A stretch of DNA of 60,943 nt, the filler included. It is 6 parts of 6 records of this genome, joined end to end, with 100 filler letters (N's around TTAATTAATTAA, not from the genome) between each part and the next. Parts side by side here need not be neighbours in the genome. Positions count along the whole stretch, not along the records: positions 18,074 to 29,430 come from DRR378314_555; positions 29,531 to 42,226 come from DRR378314_558; 4 more parts are not named here. One strand, given 5' to 3'. Of this stretch, positions 21,101 through 33,693 are shown in pieces (the stretch's first letter is position 1; every line of letters begins with the position of its first letter). The translations under genes were made by a program, and so were the position numbers. The notes below the pieces were generated by a model. The model saw only the letters and a list, made by a program, of their open reading frames with translations, did not search any database and was not told the DNA's origin.

Positions 21101-24100
21101 AAGTTCACCGAAGACTCACCACTGACGAAAAACACCGACCAGGTACAACAAGAATGCAGAGAGACATACAGTGAGTAGGAGAGAGAAGAAACGCCTCGTA
21201 TGCTGTCAAGGGGGTAAGAGCGTGAGGTTCGATACGTAACTGCGGGGACCTGATGGGAAGCAGCACATGTGCGAATCGCGCACGGCGACAACGAGCGTGA
21301 AAAGCGCGCGCGGCAATACCAATCACAGGAAGATAAGGACAATTCTATCTACGCGCGCGAGTTATTGCATGCAAAGGATCGAAAAGGCTCGTTCGCAACG
21401 ACCCGGGAGCTTCAAGCATTGCGGTACTGTGACCGACATACCGTTTCATCGCACTTGGTATCTCCAAGTCGAACCCGAGGTTTTCCTGCATCGCGCTATC
21501 GTCTCCGTGCGCCACGTGATCGACATCGTTGTCTTCGAGATCACCTTCAGCAGCTGCCAAGGCAAAAAGAGACAATAAGCACAGTGCACCGCACGTATAA
21601 CAAAACTGAACATTAACAGTAACCGAATGAGACTCTCTATCCCACAATACCTATAGCATCATCGTCAACGTAACTCTACGACGGAAACGAGTTGGCGAGA
21701 GATAGAGAACGACGAAACGACTCCGATGGAGAAGCGATGCAGCGCTGAAGAAGAAAAAAACGGGTGAAAAAGCGCAAGAGAGAGGGAGAGAGAGAACCGT
21801 TGCCAATTCCTTCACGATGGAACACGACCGTACCAGCATCTGTTGTCTGAGTGATATTTAGCGTCTCCACTGCCGTTTGATCTTGGCTTTCAATATCGAT
21901 TTGCTCAACGGCAACGCGCATCGCTTCTGCCTGCTCGTTCACATCGGAGGAACGGAAGAGTTTGCCGAAGAAAGACGCAAACACCGATCGCTGTACAAGA
22001 GACCGTGGCACAATACGTAATAAATCCGAGAAGAGCGAGATCATTAATGCAAACGAATCCATCCATGGCGAAGTAGTAAACCTTGTGTTTTCCTCCATGG
22101 GTTTGCCATCGCAAGTGCGATGAAAGAGAAAACTCTCGCGCAGCACAATCCCCAGATCGCTGCAGAGCCAAAGACCCCTCTTTCTCTCCTTTTATCGTCA
22201 CAACGTACTCTTGCACTGCTGTCCGGTGTATTCTCCACAAGAGCCTGCAAGTTGTAGAGGAAGGAATACGACAACGCAGCGCATATCAATGACAACGCAG
22301 TCGTCTCGCGCATCCGCTTGGGGGAAAGCAACTGGGATACAACATGTTCTCCCAGCTGATCCACGATGCTGCGGTATGTACACGCAACAGGTGTACGTGT
22401 GTGAGCACTCGGTGCGTGCGCGATAAGGGCGCATGGGACGGCTATCGAGCTGCAACGTACGTCCGAGTCGTCGTCGGAGAAGACGTGTGTCGGTGATCTG
22501 CTCACAAAACGAACAATATGGATGGAAACCGTCAAGTACGAAACGGTCCGGTAGAACAATGACCAACGTGTCCGGAATTCGCCAGTGAGCGACACTCGAT
22601 TCGTACACCAGAACCCGATCACGGCTTTCTTTCGCTGAACGCTTGCACAGTACATTGTCGATCGAAGGAGGAAACGCGGCGCACAAGCACGAACGTCGCG
22701 CGGGAATCCGCATACTGAATGGCATACGCGAGATCTCAATGACACGAACGAAGGAAACGTACGCAACCGATGAGCGTTCTACGGGGAATGATCCCCACTT
22801 CCAACGCCAGTGATGTTGCAACTGGACCAAGGAAACGCATTGCGGGTGAGTGCAATCGGAAAGATCAGCAACAGAACGATGAACAAGCGAGATAGTCGGC
22901 GCTGCGGTGTAGACGTAGAGAATACGCTCAGGATCACGAGTGCAGATCTGATTGCCAACGGCAATCGGACAGTCCTTCCGACCGTGAAATCAGCAATTCG
23001 AAAAATCTCAGCTCGTTCAACACTGCAATGCTGAACTGTAGCAGAGAAAGTATTCCCTATTCTCTTATGAGAGAATTTGCCCGTCAAAGTACCCTATACA
23101 AAGCTCGTCCACAGAAACCTCGCACAACACCGCACAAGGGAGCGAGATCTTGACGACAGTATGAACGAGGCTCCTTTCCCACGAATACAAAGGCGTACCT
23201 TGCTGTCTCCATCTTTCGGGTCGTGATCCCTGTGGGTGATGAGGCAAGCGCGGTGTCGGGAGAATACAGAGCGGCGCCTGTGAGCAGAGAGACGGATCAC
23301 CACCGCACGAACAAAGTCGCAACGGGAGAGAGCGCACTGGAACTGCACAGTCGTAATAAGTCCGCCACGGCACGTACCCGAGGACTTCGGCTTCCATTGC
23401 GGCTGCCACGACATCACACATATCAGCAACCAACGTACGGACTTCCAACTGCAGGGAAAGGAAGTACAGCGACAATGGGATACGGGTGTCGGTACGAAAA
23501 AGCAGGAATTGGAGAATCAGGTCCATGGAAAAGAGGGTGTGAGCGTCGTCGCGACACTGTACCCGTTGGTAATCACAAATCGGGGGCTTGAAAGAAAACG
23601 ACCTAGTCGCACAAAAAAACACGTTTATATCCGACATGCGTATACGTACATCAATGTTATTGCCATCGGGTGCCAGGGAAAACCCCTGCAGTATACGGTC
23701 GGGTGATGAAGGTTCGTCGATGCTCGTTCGTGGAGAAGGGGACAGGATTGGCGAAGTCACTCGCTGTTCGTCTTCGTCGTCGACATTATCCTGCGCGTAA
23801 AGACAGGGACGAACGGCAAATCAAGCAGGATCGACACCCACAATACGGTGAAACCCACACGAAAATTAACACAATAGTATTGTCACCTCCGTCACCCTTC
23901 CATGTTTGTTGTGGGAAAACGCGCATTACAGGAGTGCTAGTGCGCACGGTGCTGCTGCGGGCGGAGCGAGCGCGAGGCGCGTTCCAGTCCTAGTGCGAAC
24001 ACACGGTCTAGGTGACTCCGCCGCGCACGCACAAACGCTCCGCACGCGACACTTGTAACGCGAATGGTATAAATGCAAGCAGTGCTGCACGATGTGGTAT

Positions 24101-25535
24101 TATCCCAATCTCGGGAGGATGAGGGCGAAAGGGGTACATGGAGTGGGTAGGCGCAGCGAGGAACATTCTCGTGCACGCGCGCGCGCCGGTCTCGCTCGTC
24201 GCCGCAAAACGCACCGTCTCGAGGACAAAGTATGCTTCGCCAGCAGCGCCTAGTTTCATACAAAATGCGGATTCGACCCCGTTGACGCGTATATAGACCT
24301 ATATGATGTGGAATCGTTGCAGATAAAGGAGAAGAATACGTCTCGCAGATCCATATGAGGCGGCGCGCCGGAGAAGCAAGACGTGCACTTGACATTCGCA
24401 ATCAGCCCTGAGCAAGCGCTATAGCGCACGTACCTTTTGCTTACGCGACTTCAAGATGTGAAACTTGCCGAATCGAACGTGGAAAGGCGTCGAGTGCATC
24501 GTTCCATCATCGTGTTCGACAACCACAATATCGATCGCGCCGCTCAGTGTGGCGGCTGGGCGGAAGAATTCGCACAAATTTTCGACAGGAGCAGAGCAGT
24601 TCCGTCAGAGAAGTTGCAGCGCACGGAACAACCGCATCGACCGAGACCCTCGACAGCCGTCCAAGCTCAGCGGGACCATCACACTCGAACTGACCGCAGG
24701 CAACGCACAGCAGGGTAAGCCTTCCAACGGAAATTCCCAAGTAAGAATATTCTTCTCTTAGCGTCCACGTGGTGTTTGCAACATGCGCGACCCGTCACGT
24801 TACGGGCACATATGGGCAAGCAGCGCGGTTTCGGCAGACAACAGCGAGGCAAGTGGCCAAATATGGTGCTCAACACTGGGACCGCGTCGCGCCGCCCAGT
24901 ATCGCGCCCCATGCGCACAAAGAGAACGAGGGAATGCACAGACAGTGTGAACTGCAACGCATACAAGCTGAAAACTGGAAAGGGAGTCACGCGGAGTGGT
25001 AGGGAATCCCAGCAACAGTTCGCACGAGGGCGAGCTTCCCAGAGCACACGCGCGCGCATGGTTGCCGCAAAACGGAGAGGCGCAGAGTGCAGGACTGCTC
25101 GCTGCTGGAACCCCAGAAAGAGGAGGAAGCGCGCTTGCACCTGTCGACGGCAGCTCGCGAGCGCTTATCCATTGGTATTTCTGCCTCAGAGGACAGAATT
25201 AATACTACCATGATCTTTACGTGAACACAAACGGGACGAGCGGTGGCCGGAGATAGCCATAAAAGTGCAAACTTTGCGAGAAAGATAGGGGGCAAACAGC
25301 GTGGCGATCCCGTTCGGGAGCCAACGCGCGCTAGCAGTGGCGGGACGTGCAGTGCCTAGTGTGACGGCGTTCTAGCAGCAGCAACCACGAGGTGCGCGTG
25401 CGCAGGTAGAGTGACCTGCCGCAGGTTCGCTCACAACGTACGATTTAGCTCTCCCAATTTACTGTACGCAAACGCAAGCGGCGTGAATGGGGCCGACAGC
25501 ACACGCTGCACATTGTCGACGAGCTTCCTCGCCAT
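18074..25535 (-). CDS. LPIN: Lipin/Pah1 phosphatidate phosphatase, multi-exon; catalytic C-LIP domain missing beyond the contig end
   Basis: Exons 25535-25442, 24555-24434 and 24298-24215 splice in frame to MARKLVDNVQRVLSAPFTPLAFAYSKLGELNPATLSGAIDIVVVEHDDGTMHSTPFHVRFGKFHILKSRKQKVYIRVNGVESAFCMKLGAAGEAYFVLET (N-LIP domain). Downstream are TSPILSP, WRWKWGSFP (~22800) and middle-lipin motifs FSLSLCGHLL (~20450), DPSLWDDPTLIA (~19970) and AFQKP (~19530). Internal exon boundaries are not fully resolved. Confidence 0.88.
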
Positions 25536-26950
25536 GGCACAAGCAAGGTCGCGCTGTCAGTACACGCTGTGTGGCAGGCTGTGAAAGACCCGCGGAGCCG
25601 GCGGCGCGCCTGGTCTGCCCGCTGAAGCGCGCACAACGCCAAACACTTCGAATGCACGAGTAACCCTACCAGCGGAGCGGTGCAGGGCGCCGCCGCCGCG
25701 CGGACAGCAACACCGCACTCGAGCCCAGCAGAGCCAGAGCATCCTGTGGCACTGGACGAAGCGCTACATGGAGAGTGCGGGATAATGATCTAGCAATGTC
25801 TGACGAAAAGCAAAGACGATTCTTTACACGCGACACTCTGCTCCACGCGCAACAACGAGTGCAAAGCGTCTAGCGCGACTCCAAGCGATCAAGAGCCCGG
25901 CGGCTTCCGACAGGGACAGGACGCCGATTTCGGATGGACATGCCATCTATTCCTTCGTTTGGATTGCCCAACATGTTGACTTGTTTTCTTGTGGTCAGGA
26001 AGCCGCATGGTACACTTTCGCTTCAACCACGTGGCGCACCATGGATTTCCTTGGAACGAGCGCCCCGAGTCCCCGACCTTCCGACCACCGCACGGTGGCG
26101 TGCGGCTGCCGTTTCCAGAGTTGCGCACAACGCAGCGATTACCAGGTCCGTAGGGCTCACTCTCGTGCGCCGCGTTTTCACGTACCAGAAAGACACCAGA
26201 GATTTTGTCCCTGCACTGCCGCTGCAAGTGGGAGAAGGCCCATGGGAATGCCATCCCCTGAGTTCTCTCTTTCTGAGTTCGAGGATTCTGGAGAAAAACG
26301 GACGCTGGGATGGGATAGCGCGCCTGCCAATCCGCGGACAGGGACAATGGCAACTGGAGAGGCCTCAGAGCGACGGCCTGCATTTACACGTCGGTCTTGG
26401 ACGCTCGCGCGCATAGAGTTGTCAGAGAAAAGGTTGGCGTTTGGGGGCTGGCTGGGATGAGAAACTTGAAGATGGATCGTCTTGAGTACTGCGAGCCAAA
26501 CGCAGCAGCACTATAGCGACGAAGAGTTTCCGGAGGCACAGCTTCAGGTACGACTTTTCCTCCTCTCTTCACGCAGATTCCATCCTATAAGCACGTATTT
26601 TTTTTCTAAGTGTCAATGCCGGGTAGATTTTTCTTCATGTTCAAAGGGTTCAGGATCAGCAATCTTGATTGTGAGAGAATCGAGCTCGTGCAAGCGAGAC
26701 AAGTGACGAAAAGCACCGTAGACCGACTGCTAGACTCGCAGTGCGAAGGCACTCGGAGTGCCATTCCAAGTGTTCGATTGGCAATCTTGCTCCTTCTTGG
26801 GCGTGATACTTTGCCTAGAGGATGCTGACAAAATGCAATGGAATGTATATTTTTGTTTGCGCATCCAGTTTTTTCGCGCGCATCCGCTTAGCTGGTTGGT
26901 GAGACGCTCTCTGTAGACATCGGGTCGTTCGCCTCACAGAAGAAACCGCC

Positions 26951-29239
26951 ATGTCTCTTGGCACTCGAACAAGGAGCGCAACAGGAGGCTCGCCGTCTCC
27001 ATCCAGGGCGTTGTCACCATGGAGGTCCGACACTCCCGTTCATAATGGAGTAGAAAGACTTGATTCCATTGGAGTGAGATCGGATGATAATCAAACCCGA
27101 CGCGCCAGAGGCATAGAAAGTGCCAGTCGTACGAGCCATGGCAGTCGAGGAAGTGATGGACGCGGCGCTCGGCCACGATATGACGTGGCAACCCCCAGCT
27201 CCGGTTTGCAACCACTCACAGTAGCACAACGCTTCGTGGATATTGACGATGTAATTGAGAGACTCTCTCCAGCATCTTCACCGAGGTCAACATCGCACAA
27301 TCACGGAGAAAGTGCCAGCGAGCTCGATCGACTTGTGCGAAGTATGATCCGCGCGCGAGCTGGAGGACCAGCTTCCTTAACCCATCAAACACTCGGCCTT
27401 GACGTCGCCCACGGCGAGGATCCTCTCACACCTTCGCGAAATGATTCAATTCACACAACAGCCACAGATTACTCGAAAGATTATAGAAGGGTTGATGCAC
27501 GCGCTGGAAAGGGTCTGGATCTCCACGAGAATCAAGAGCGTGGTACGGCACGGTCCAGGGCCAAGCACCGCTCTTCACCTGCTGAAGTGGGCGGCCAGTA
27601 CGCGCGTGGTGCTCGCCCCTTCCTTGAGCGAGAGAATATGCGTTCATCGAAATCAGTTGCTGAGAGAGAAACGAACGTCTCTTCTGAGAGATTCCATAGA
27701 GGTAACCTCTCGCCGGAACCACCTTCGCGGTCGCACAGCGGGCGCACTGCTCCTCCACCTGTTCACGAGCAGGCCCGGGATCGTCACGCAACACCAACGC
27801 CGAACCGAGAGCTCGACCAGCGACGGCTGGAGCGCCCTGGTGGGCTACAACTCTACCCGCTACTCTCGACTTCCACAAAGAAACATCAATCGCGACGAAT
27901 GCAGAATCAGTCTAGCATACGGAATTCACATCCACAAAACTTGCCCGATAGCGAAACAACGGAGACGAGCGCTACACCACACGCCACAGTCACAGAGTGG
28001 AACGGCACGCAGACAGAGAGTGCTGCGAATGCAAACGAGGGATTCGTTCCGCCTGAGCTGCTCGACGACGCTGCATACGAAAAGGTATGCATTACGTGAT
28101 ACGTTATCATATGCAGTGTATTGATAGCGTAAGAGTGGTTCGATCCTGCGCTCGGCAACATGCATTTTTCCGTAGCAATAACCATTGCTTCTTGACAGCA
28201 GAAATCTCCACACCCGAAGAGCATCCTGTCCGCCAGAAGGACCTGTACTCCATTCGCACTGTAGGCGCAGAAAGTAGTCCCAAGCTTGAACTCGATATCA
28301 CCTCTCGCTCCTTTATAGATCCATTTCAGCCCACCTAACTTTTTGTAGCCTTTGGTCTTCGCGGCGAGCTTTTCAGAGAGCGTCACGCAAGGATAGTGCC
28401 AATATTGCCAGCACTAGGAGATTCATTCCTGGTTATTTCAAGATGCTGAGCAGTAGGTAACGCACCAGTTCTGGGTTCTGGCGGACGCTGAATCGCATTT
28501 TTCTGTTTTAACGATGATCTCTGTACATTAATAATTATATTCTTATAATAATCCGTTCAATTTTGGAACGCCAAAGCACTTCAAAAAATATCGCGCAAAC
28601 GTTGCGCAAAGCTCGAAGGCAGAGCGCACACCAACAGACATGCCACCTGCACAATCCTTCGGCAGTACCTGTGCGACATCGGTATTCAGAATCATTAAGT
28701 CTGTTTCACTGCATTATGTTTCTGAATTTTATCTGCAGGCGCATCACCTCCTTCGTGGTAGCTCCTCTGACCATGTAGAAACAAGTACGCTGCGAGAGCA
28801 GCGAGGGGCGGACGCAACCGAGAGATTGAAACGCAGCGTCCGGAGCACGCTGGGGAATGAGCTCCACCCGCGCGCACTGCCGTCCACAAGCGGGGCGAGG
28901 ATGCGCACGTCTTCCATCCCGTCCGAATATCATGTGTTTGAAACAGAACTCTTTACATCTTCCGAGCAGAACTCGGGGGGTGCTGTGATCTTCGATGAAC
29001 AGAAACGCCAGTTCTCGCGCCGCATTTTTCCTTCAGACTTCCCGTCAAGCCGCGCTGAAGCCCAAATTCTGCGCGCAACGCTGGACGCGATGCTTCATCG
29101 ATGGGAAGAGAAGCTTCATGAGGCGCCAGATTCTCTGATTACTCGCGCAATACGGACACTCGACACATCATTACTCGCCAAAACGATGTTACCAGAGTTT
29201 GAAATCCTGCAGACGGTTCTCGATGAGCTCTCGCGGCAG
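26951..29239 (+). CDS. AXDND1-like (axonemal dynein light chain domain) protein, partial spliced gene
   Basis: Exon 28739-29239 (cag|GCG…CAG|gtacga, 501 nt) encodes IPSEYHV…RIFPSDFPSSRAEAQILRATLDAMLHR…EFEILQTVLDELSRQ|V, resembling the AXDND1/p28-type region as recalled (IPEEFHIV…FPSMKP…MDTMLE…IFHELIRQV). A long low-complexity exon lies at ~26940-28084. Start and 3' exons are unresolved. Confidence 0.6.
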
Positions 29240-29336
29240 GTACGATGTCCCAGCAACGACAACCAGCACGCTTTGGCTTTTCCGCAGCATCACCGTCCGC
29301 GCGCGAATCCAGATACTGGGGTGTTCATGCAAACGA

Positions 29337-29430
29337 AACTACTACTACTCCTACTACTCCTACTTCTACTACTCCTACTTCTACTCCTACTACTACTCCT
29401 ACTTCTACTACTACTACTACTACTACTACT
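29337..29430. repeat. Compound (CTA/CTC/CTT)n microsatellite at contig end
   Basis: actactactactcctactactcctacttctact…; lies in an intron after the 29240 donor. Confidence 0.92.
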
Positions 29431-29530
29431 NNNNNNNNNNNNNNNNNNNNNNNNNNNNNNNNNNNNNNNNNNNNTTAATTAATTAANNNNNNNNNNNNNN
29501 NNNNNNNNNNNNNNNNNNNNNNNNNNNNNN
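29431..29530. other. Artificial contig spacer
   Basis: 44 N + TTAATTAATTAA + 44 N. Confidence 0.98.
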
Positions 29531-29556
29531 AGAGAGAGAGAGAGAGAGAGAGAGAG
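29531..29556. repeat. (AG)n microsatellite at contig start
   Basis: Read directly from the sequence. Confidence 0.92.
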
Positions 29557-30196
29557 GGTGCGCAGCACGTGCGAGTGTACTTCACAATGCAGTTCCTGCA
29601 GCACAGCAGACCAGCAATGCACGTGCCCACCTGCCCAACTTTTCCTCCTTCGCTTGGTTTCACCGCACACCGCATACACAGTGCCTTGCCACAGTCGAAA
29701 GTACGTTCCCCGCGTTGTTCCCTTTGTAGGCAGAAGTTATACAGAGGAGGAAACGAGAGCGCTGTGGGGCGCCAGCTCGTGCCCTCGGATCCTACAGGAG
29801 TCCAGTACGCGCTGAGGAATAGGGTTTCTTTGCTGGCGGATCGTGCGGTGATGCTGCACCGGTCGCGCCCACACCGGGACGGCAAGGCACCTCAACGAAC
29901 GGGACCGACAGGAACCTGTAGCATCGAGTGCACTGTTGCAATATGCGAACGATTTATTCTTTCCAGATACAGACCAAATGGAGAAACCAGGCGCATGCCC
30001 ATGCAGGCATCCGTCGCGGTGGCGGATAAACGCACGGAAGCACTTCTAGTCGCGCAGCTGCTCTGCGAGACAAACATGTGCTCCAAGAACGGCATCGGCT
30101 CGGTCGCGACAGTTGGGAGCGTCGCGCTGGTCGCTGCACAGTTAGAGAATCGTTTGGGATGAGGGGAAACGCTTAAATGAGGTACGTTGAGAGACG

Positions 30197-33100
30197 CTAC
30201 GCTTCGGGAAGCACATCTGGAATTACAAAGGACTCGACGGCGAAAAAATGCGGAAGCCCCAAACCCAGGAGCTCGGCCGCTGTGCCACGATTGCGGTCGC
30301 GCGCACGCTGCCAGAATTCCCTATCATCTTCGCCGCGGAACATGGCACGATCTTTCTGGGATTCGTGCTGGAAGATGGAGTCGATCTTGCGCGTGAGTTC
30401 ATCCTCCGACATGGGCACAAAGACATCTGTGTCCGCAACGGGCCATTCCACCCAAGATCCTCTGTACAGCCAGCAGGGCGGTACAGCGCGGCCGGCGGCT
30501 TTCAACTCCCCTTCGTAGCGGAGGAACGCGGCGCGTACGACATCGTAACACTTGCGATGCGTTCCGTGCGGGTCATTCAAGTCTCCTGCAATGAAAATGT
30601 GGTCAGGATTGCACTGGCGAATGTACTGCAGCGTCATCTCGATGTCTTCTTCTCCGACTGGTTTCTTCTTTGTCATTCCCGTGCGATAAAACGGCAGATC
30701 GAGCAGCGTCCCATTCTCAGCCGGGACTCCGAGTACTTCGATGGCACTGATCGCCTCTGTCTTGCGAATGTGGGATTTGATGTCGCGAAGAGGTTCCGGC
30801 TCCGCTTCGTTTTCTCCTTTGGCACGAACAAGGGCCAGAAGTTCATCCGCACGCTGCACCATGGGTTCTCCCGTTTCACCAAACTGCGTCTGCGCGGCCT
30901 CGCGAATGAAGCGGAGATGCCGCACCACGTCGGCATCACGCACGGCAACCGACCCGTTTGTCTGCCACGCGACATGTACGCGGTTTTCATTTTCAACCAA
31001 CTTTGCGATCGTAGCCCCCATGCATATCACATCGTCGTCCGGATGCGGGGAGAACACAACACAAGTCGTTTTCTCGGGCAGTTGCCACGTGGCCTTGATG
31101 CGGCCCATGAGATCTTCGAAAACGCGAGTGCACAAGCTTCCCGCGCTTCCATACGCAAAAACTAGCTCTTGCAAGTGCATTTGCTCAAAATCGGATTCCT
31201 GCAGATGCGTAATGGGCTTTCCGGTCGTCTTGGACAGCCACACCACCGCGCGTCTTGCCATCGCGTAGTTCGTTTCCCAGCAAACCGCCTCGGCTACCCA
31301 CGGCTGCAGCGTTCGGCGGAGCGACGCCGCCGCGGGCCGGTCCAGGACCACACAGGCGTTCTTGTGCTCTTGAATATACGAGGCCGGGAGTGCTGCGGTG
31401 CGCTCCTCTTCAACGGCGCGGGCAATGACCTGTGCCTTGTGTTCCCCTGTGGCAAGAAGGAGTATTTCGTGTGAGGCTAAAATCGTGCCAACTCCCATTG
31501 TCACTGCGCGCAATGGAACGTTGCGCATGCCGCCAAACGATTTCGCTGCGTCAACGCGCGTCTTGTGGTCTAGCGTGACCATCCGTGTGCGCGTTGATGG
31601 GTGCGATCCAGGTTCGTTGAACGCAATGTGGCCGGTGCGGCCGATTCCAAGCAAGCACAAGTCTATGCCCCCGGCCTGCACTCGATCGTCGCAATCCAAA
31701 GTAAACAAGAAGGGTAACACACACAATGAATACATAAACAGATGACCAAACACACACACGCTATCAGCGCGTATTCACAACGGCGAGCGCCGCCTCCTTA
31801 CCGCAAGGGCGGCGGTTAGCCATAGTACCTCTTCGACGTAGGCCATACTCTGCACCCTGCCGATCTCTTTCACGTACAAGATTACTAGATCGGTTGCAGG
31901 GATATGTTTACATACAGCGGCACGCTAGGGCCTGCTCGCGCCGTATCTCTAAGAAAGTGCGCCAGCGGCGTACGAACGAACAAGCGTGCGAGGGAGCGCC
32001 AAGGCCTGCTGTGCACGCGGCTGACCTGGCGAATCTTGTTTTCATATTCGACACAAAACGAAGCCACGCGGTCTTCCGGCAGCTCTCCGTTAGGAATATG
32101 GACATTGTTCTACAAAGAACAAATAGCAAAAAACGGAAGTGCATATCCCGTCGCAAATTGAGAGAGGGAGTAGAGCTCAGGACTTCTTGTCGCGCACAGC
32201 GCCAGTGAACAAAGCACTCGGAGCTGCATGCCGTAGTACATTCATCGCATAAGCGCGGTACACCCTCCACGCACTCCTTCCACAGGCCAAACAGTTGCAG
32301 CCGGTATTGTGTACTAGCGGGTTTTGGCAGACTAGAGGGCACGGAACCGCGGGGATCCACTTGAAGCCACTCTGCTTTACGACGGCCAAAAACGTACCGG
32401 GTCGATGTCTATTTTGCTGAAAAGGTTCTGCTGCATAAATGTGTGGTAGCTTTCCTCATGATCGTGCTGCACAGCAGGGGATGTGACAAAAACGTTGCGC
32501 ATCGACACAGAACATTGAAAAATGACGTATGAATATAACTGCTGGAGGAAAGGAAATGAGAGAAACAAGGGTCCGCTGTATGTGGATGGTAACGACTTGC
32601 GGTCAACGTGTCGCTGCACAGAGGGCACTGAGGCACGTTGACAAGTTCGTACTCACAGCAACAAAACGCACCCCAATGCCGCAGTACTCGTCCAAATTGA
32701 AGGTGATCACGTTCTTGAAAGACACATCTCCGCGGTCATATGCAGCGCAGAGTTCACGATACACGCCGAGCGGTGTGCTGCCCGTAGGAAGGCAGAGTAC
32801 GGCCTGAAACAGACCGGCGAATCGCACGGGCGCCGGCGACACGGCACAAAGGATCGGTTGTCGTGACGCAGCACGTGAGTAATCGAGGAGCCACGCTCTT
32901 ATCCGGGTCCATCTCTCTTTCAACAGCCAGCAATCCAGCTGGTTTGTGATACATGTCGCAAGAGAGCTTGTGATGTGCTTTCTGCTCGGTATTATGGGCG
33001 TGCAGGCCATTCGCCCTGGGCATGGTAGTGGCGTGTCTGGCCAGCAAGCGGCTCCGCAAAATACCTTTTTGCCCTGCTGCTCGCAATTCTTGATCACTTC

Positions 33101-33693
33101 AATTACGCGTGTTGCCACCATCTGCGCAACATCAAGTGCCGTGTTTACCCTGCGCACCGCGGGTGATCATATGCAGTGTAAAGATTTCATATGTGATTAG
33201 AAAGCCCCAGGTAGTGCGCGATGGTCGCAGAAAAGTACCATAAAAAGAACTTCCGGGCGGGGAGCCGGCGCCCGCGGGAACGCCGCGCCGCTGCTCTTGG
33301 CAGCACACCCGGTCTTCCAGGCTCACACTAGCACGCGTAGAGGGCACCGCAGTGCCGAGGGGCGCGCGCTCACTATCGAAGAAAATTGCCAGCACTATCT
33401 CATACAATGCCCCCCTCTCTTTGCGCCCCAACTGCTCCTCGCTCCACGCAGCAGATGTACAGCATTGATACCAGACGAAAAAAAGTGCTCTTTTGTTTTG
33501 CGAGCAATGTCGCAGTGGCACGGCGAAGTCCGCACTTCGGCCGAACAGCGCCGCGGCTGCCAGGCCGCAGTCGCGCGTAGCCAGCGGCGTGCGTAGCCAG
33601 ACGATCGCTGCACACGCACTTCCCGAGGGCAACGTACACAGTGCATGGAATTCTCTCCACGTTGGACGAGGCATAATGAAGTGTATCCGTCAT
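30197..33693 (-). CDS. nagB: Glucosamine-6-phosphate deaminase, long NagB-II type (deaminase + PIG-L/LmbE-like domain), 6 exons, 634 aa
   Basis: Exons 33693-33638, 33149-33065, 32803-32672, 32466-32398, 32109-32026 and 31675-30197; all introns GT-AG, total 1905 nt in frame. Motifs: [48 protein letters not shown], then [19 protein letters not shown] and IFQHESQKD. Confidence 0.93.

Noticed and set aside
29240..29482. Poly-Leu/Tyr/Thr C-terminal tails in the ORF track
   Set aside because: These are translations of an intronic (CTA)n microsatellite running into the N gap.
1..33693. Direct transfer of nagB from the flavobacterium in the same window
   Set aside because: The contigs are joined artificially, and the gene has host-like GC content and five introns, so any transfer is old.
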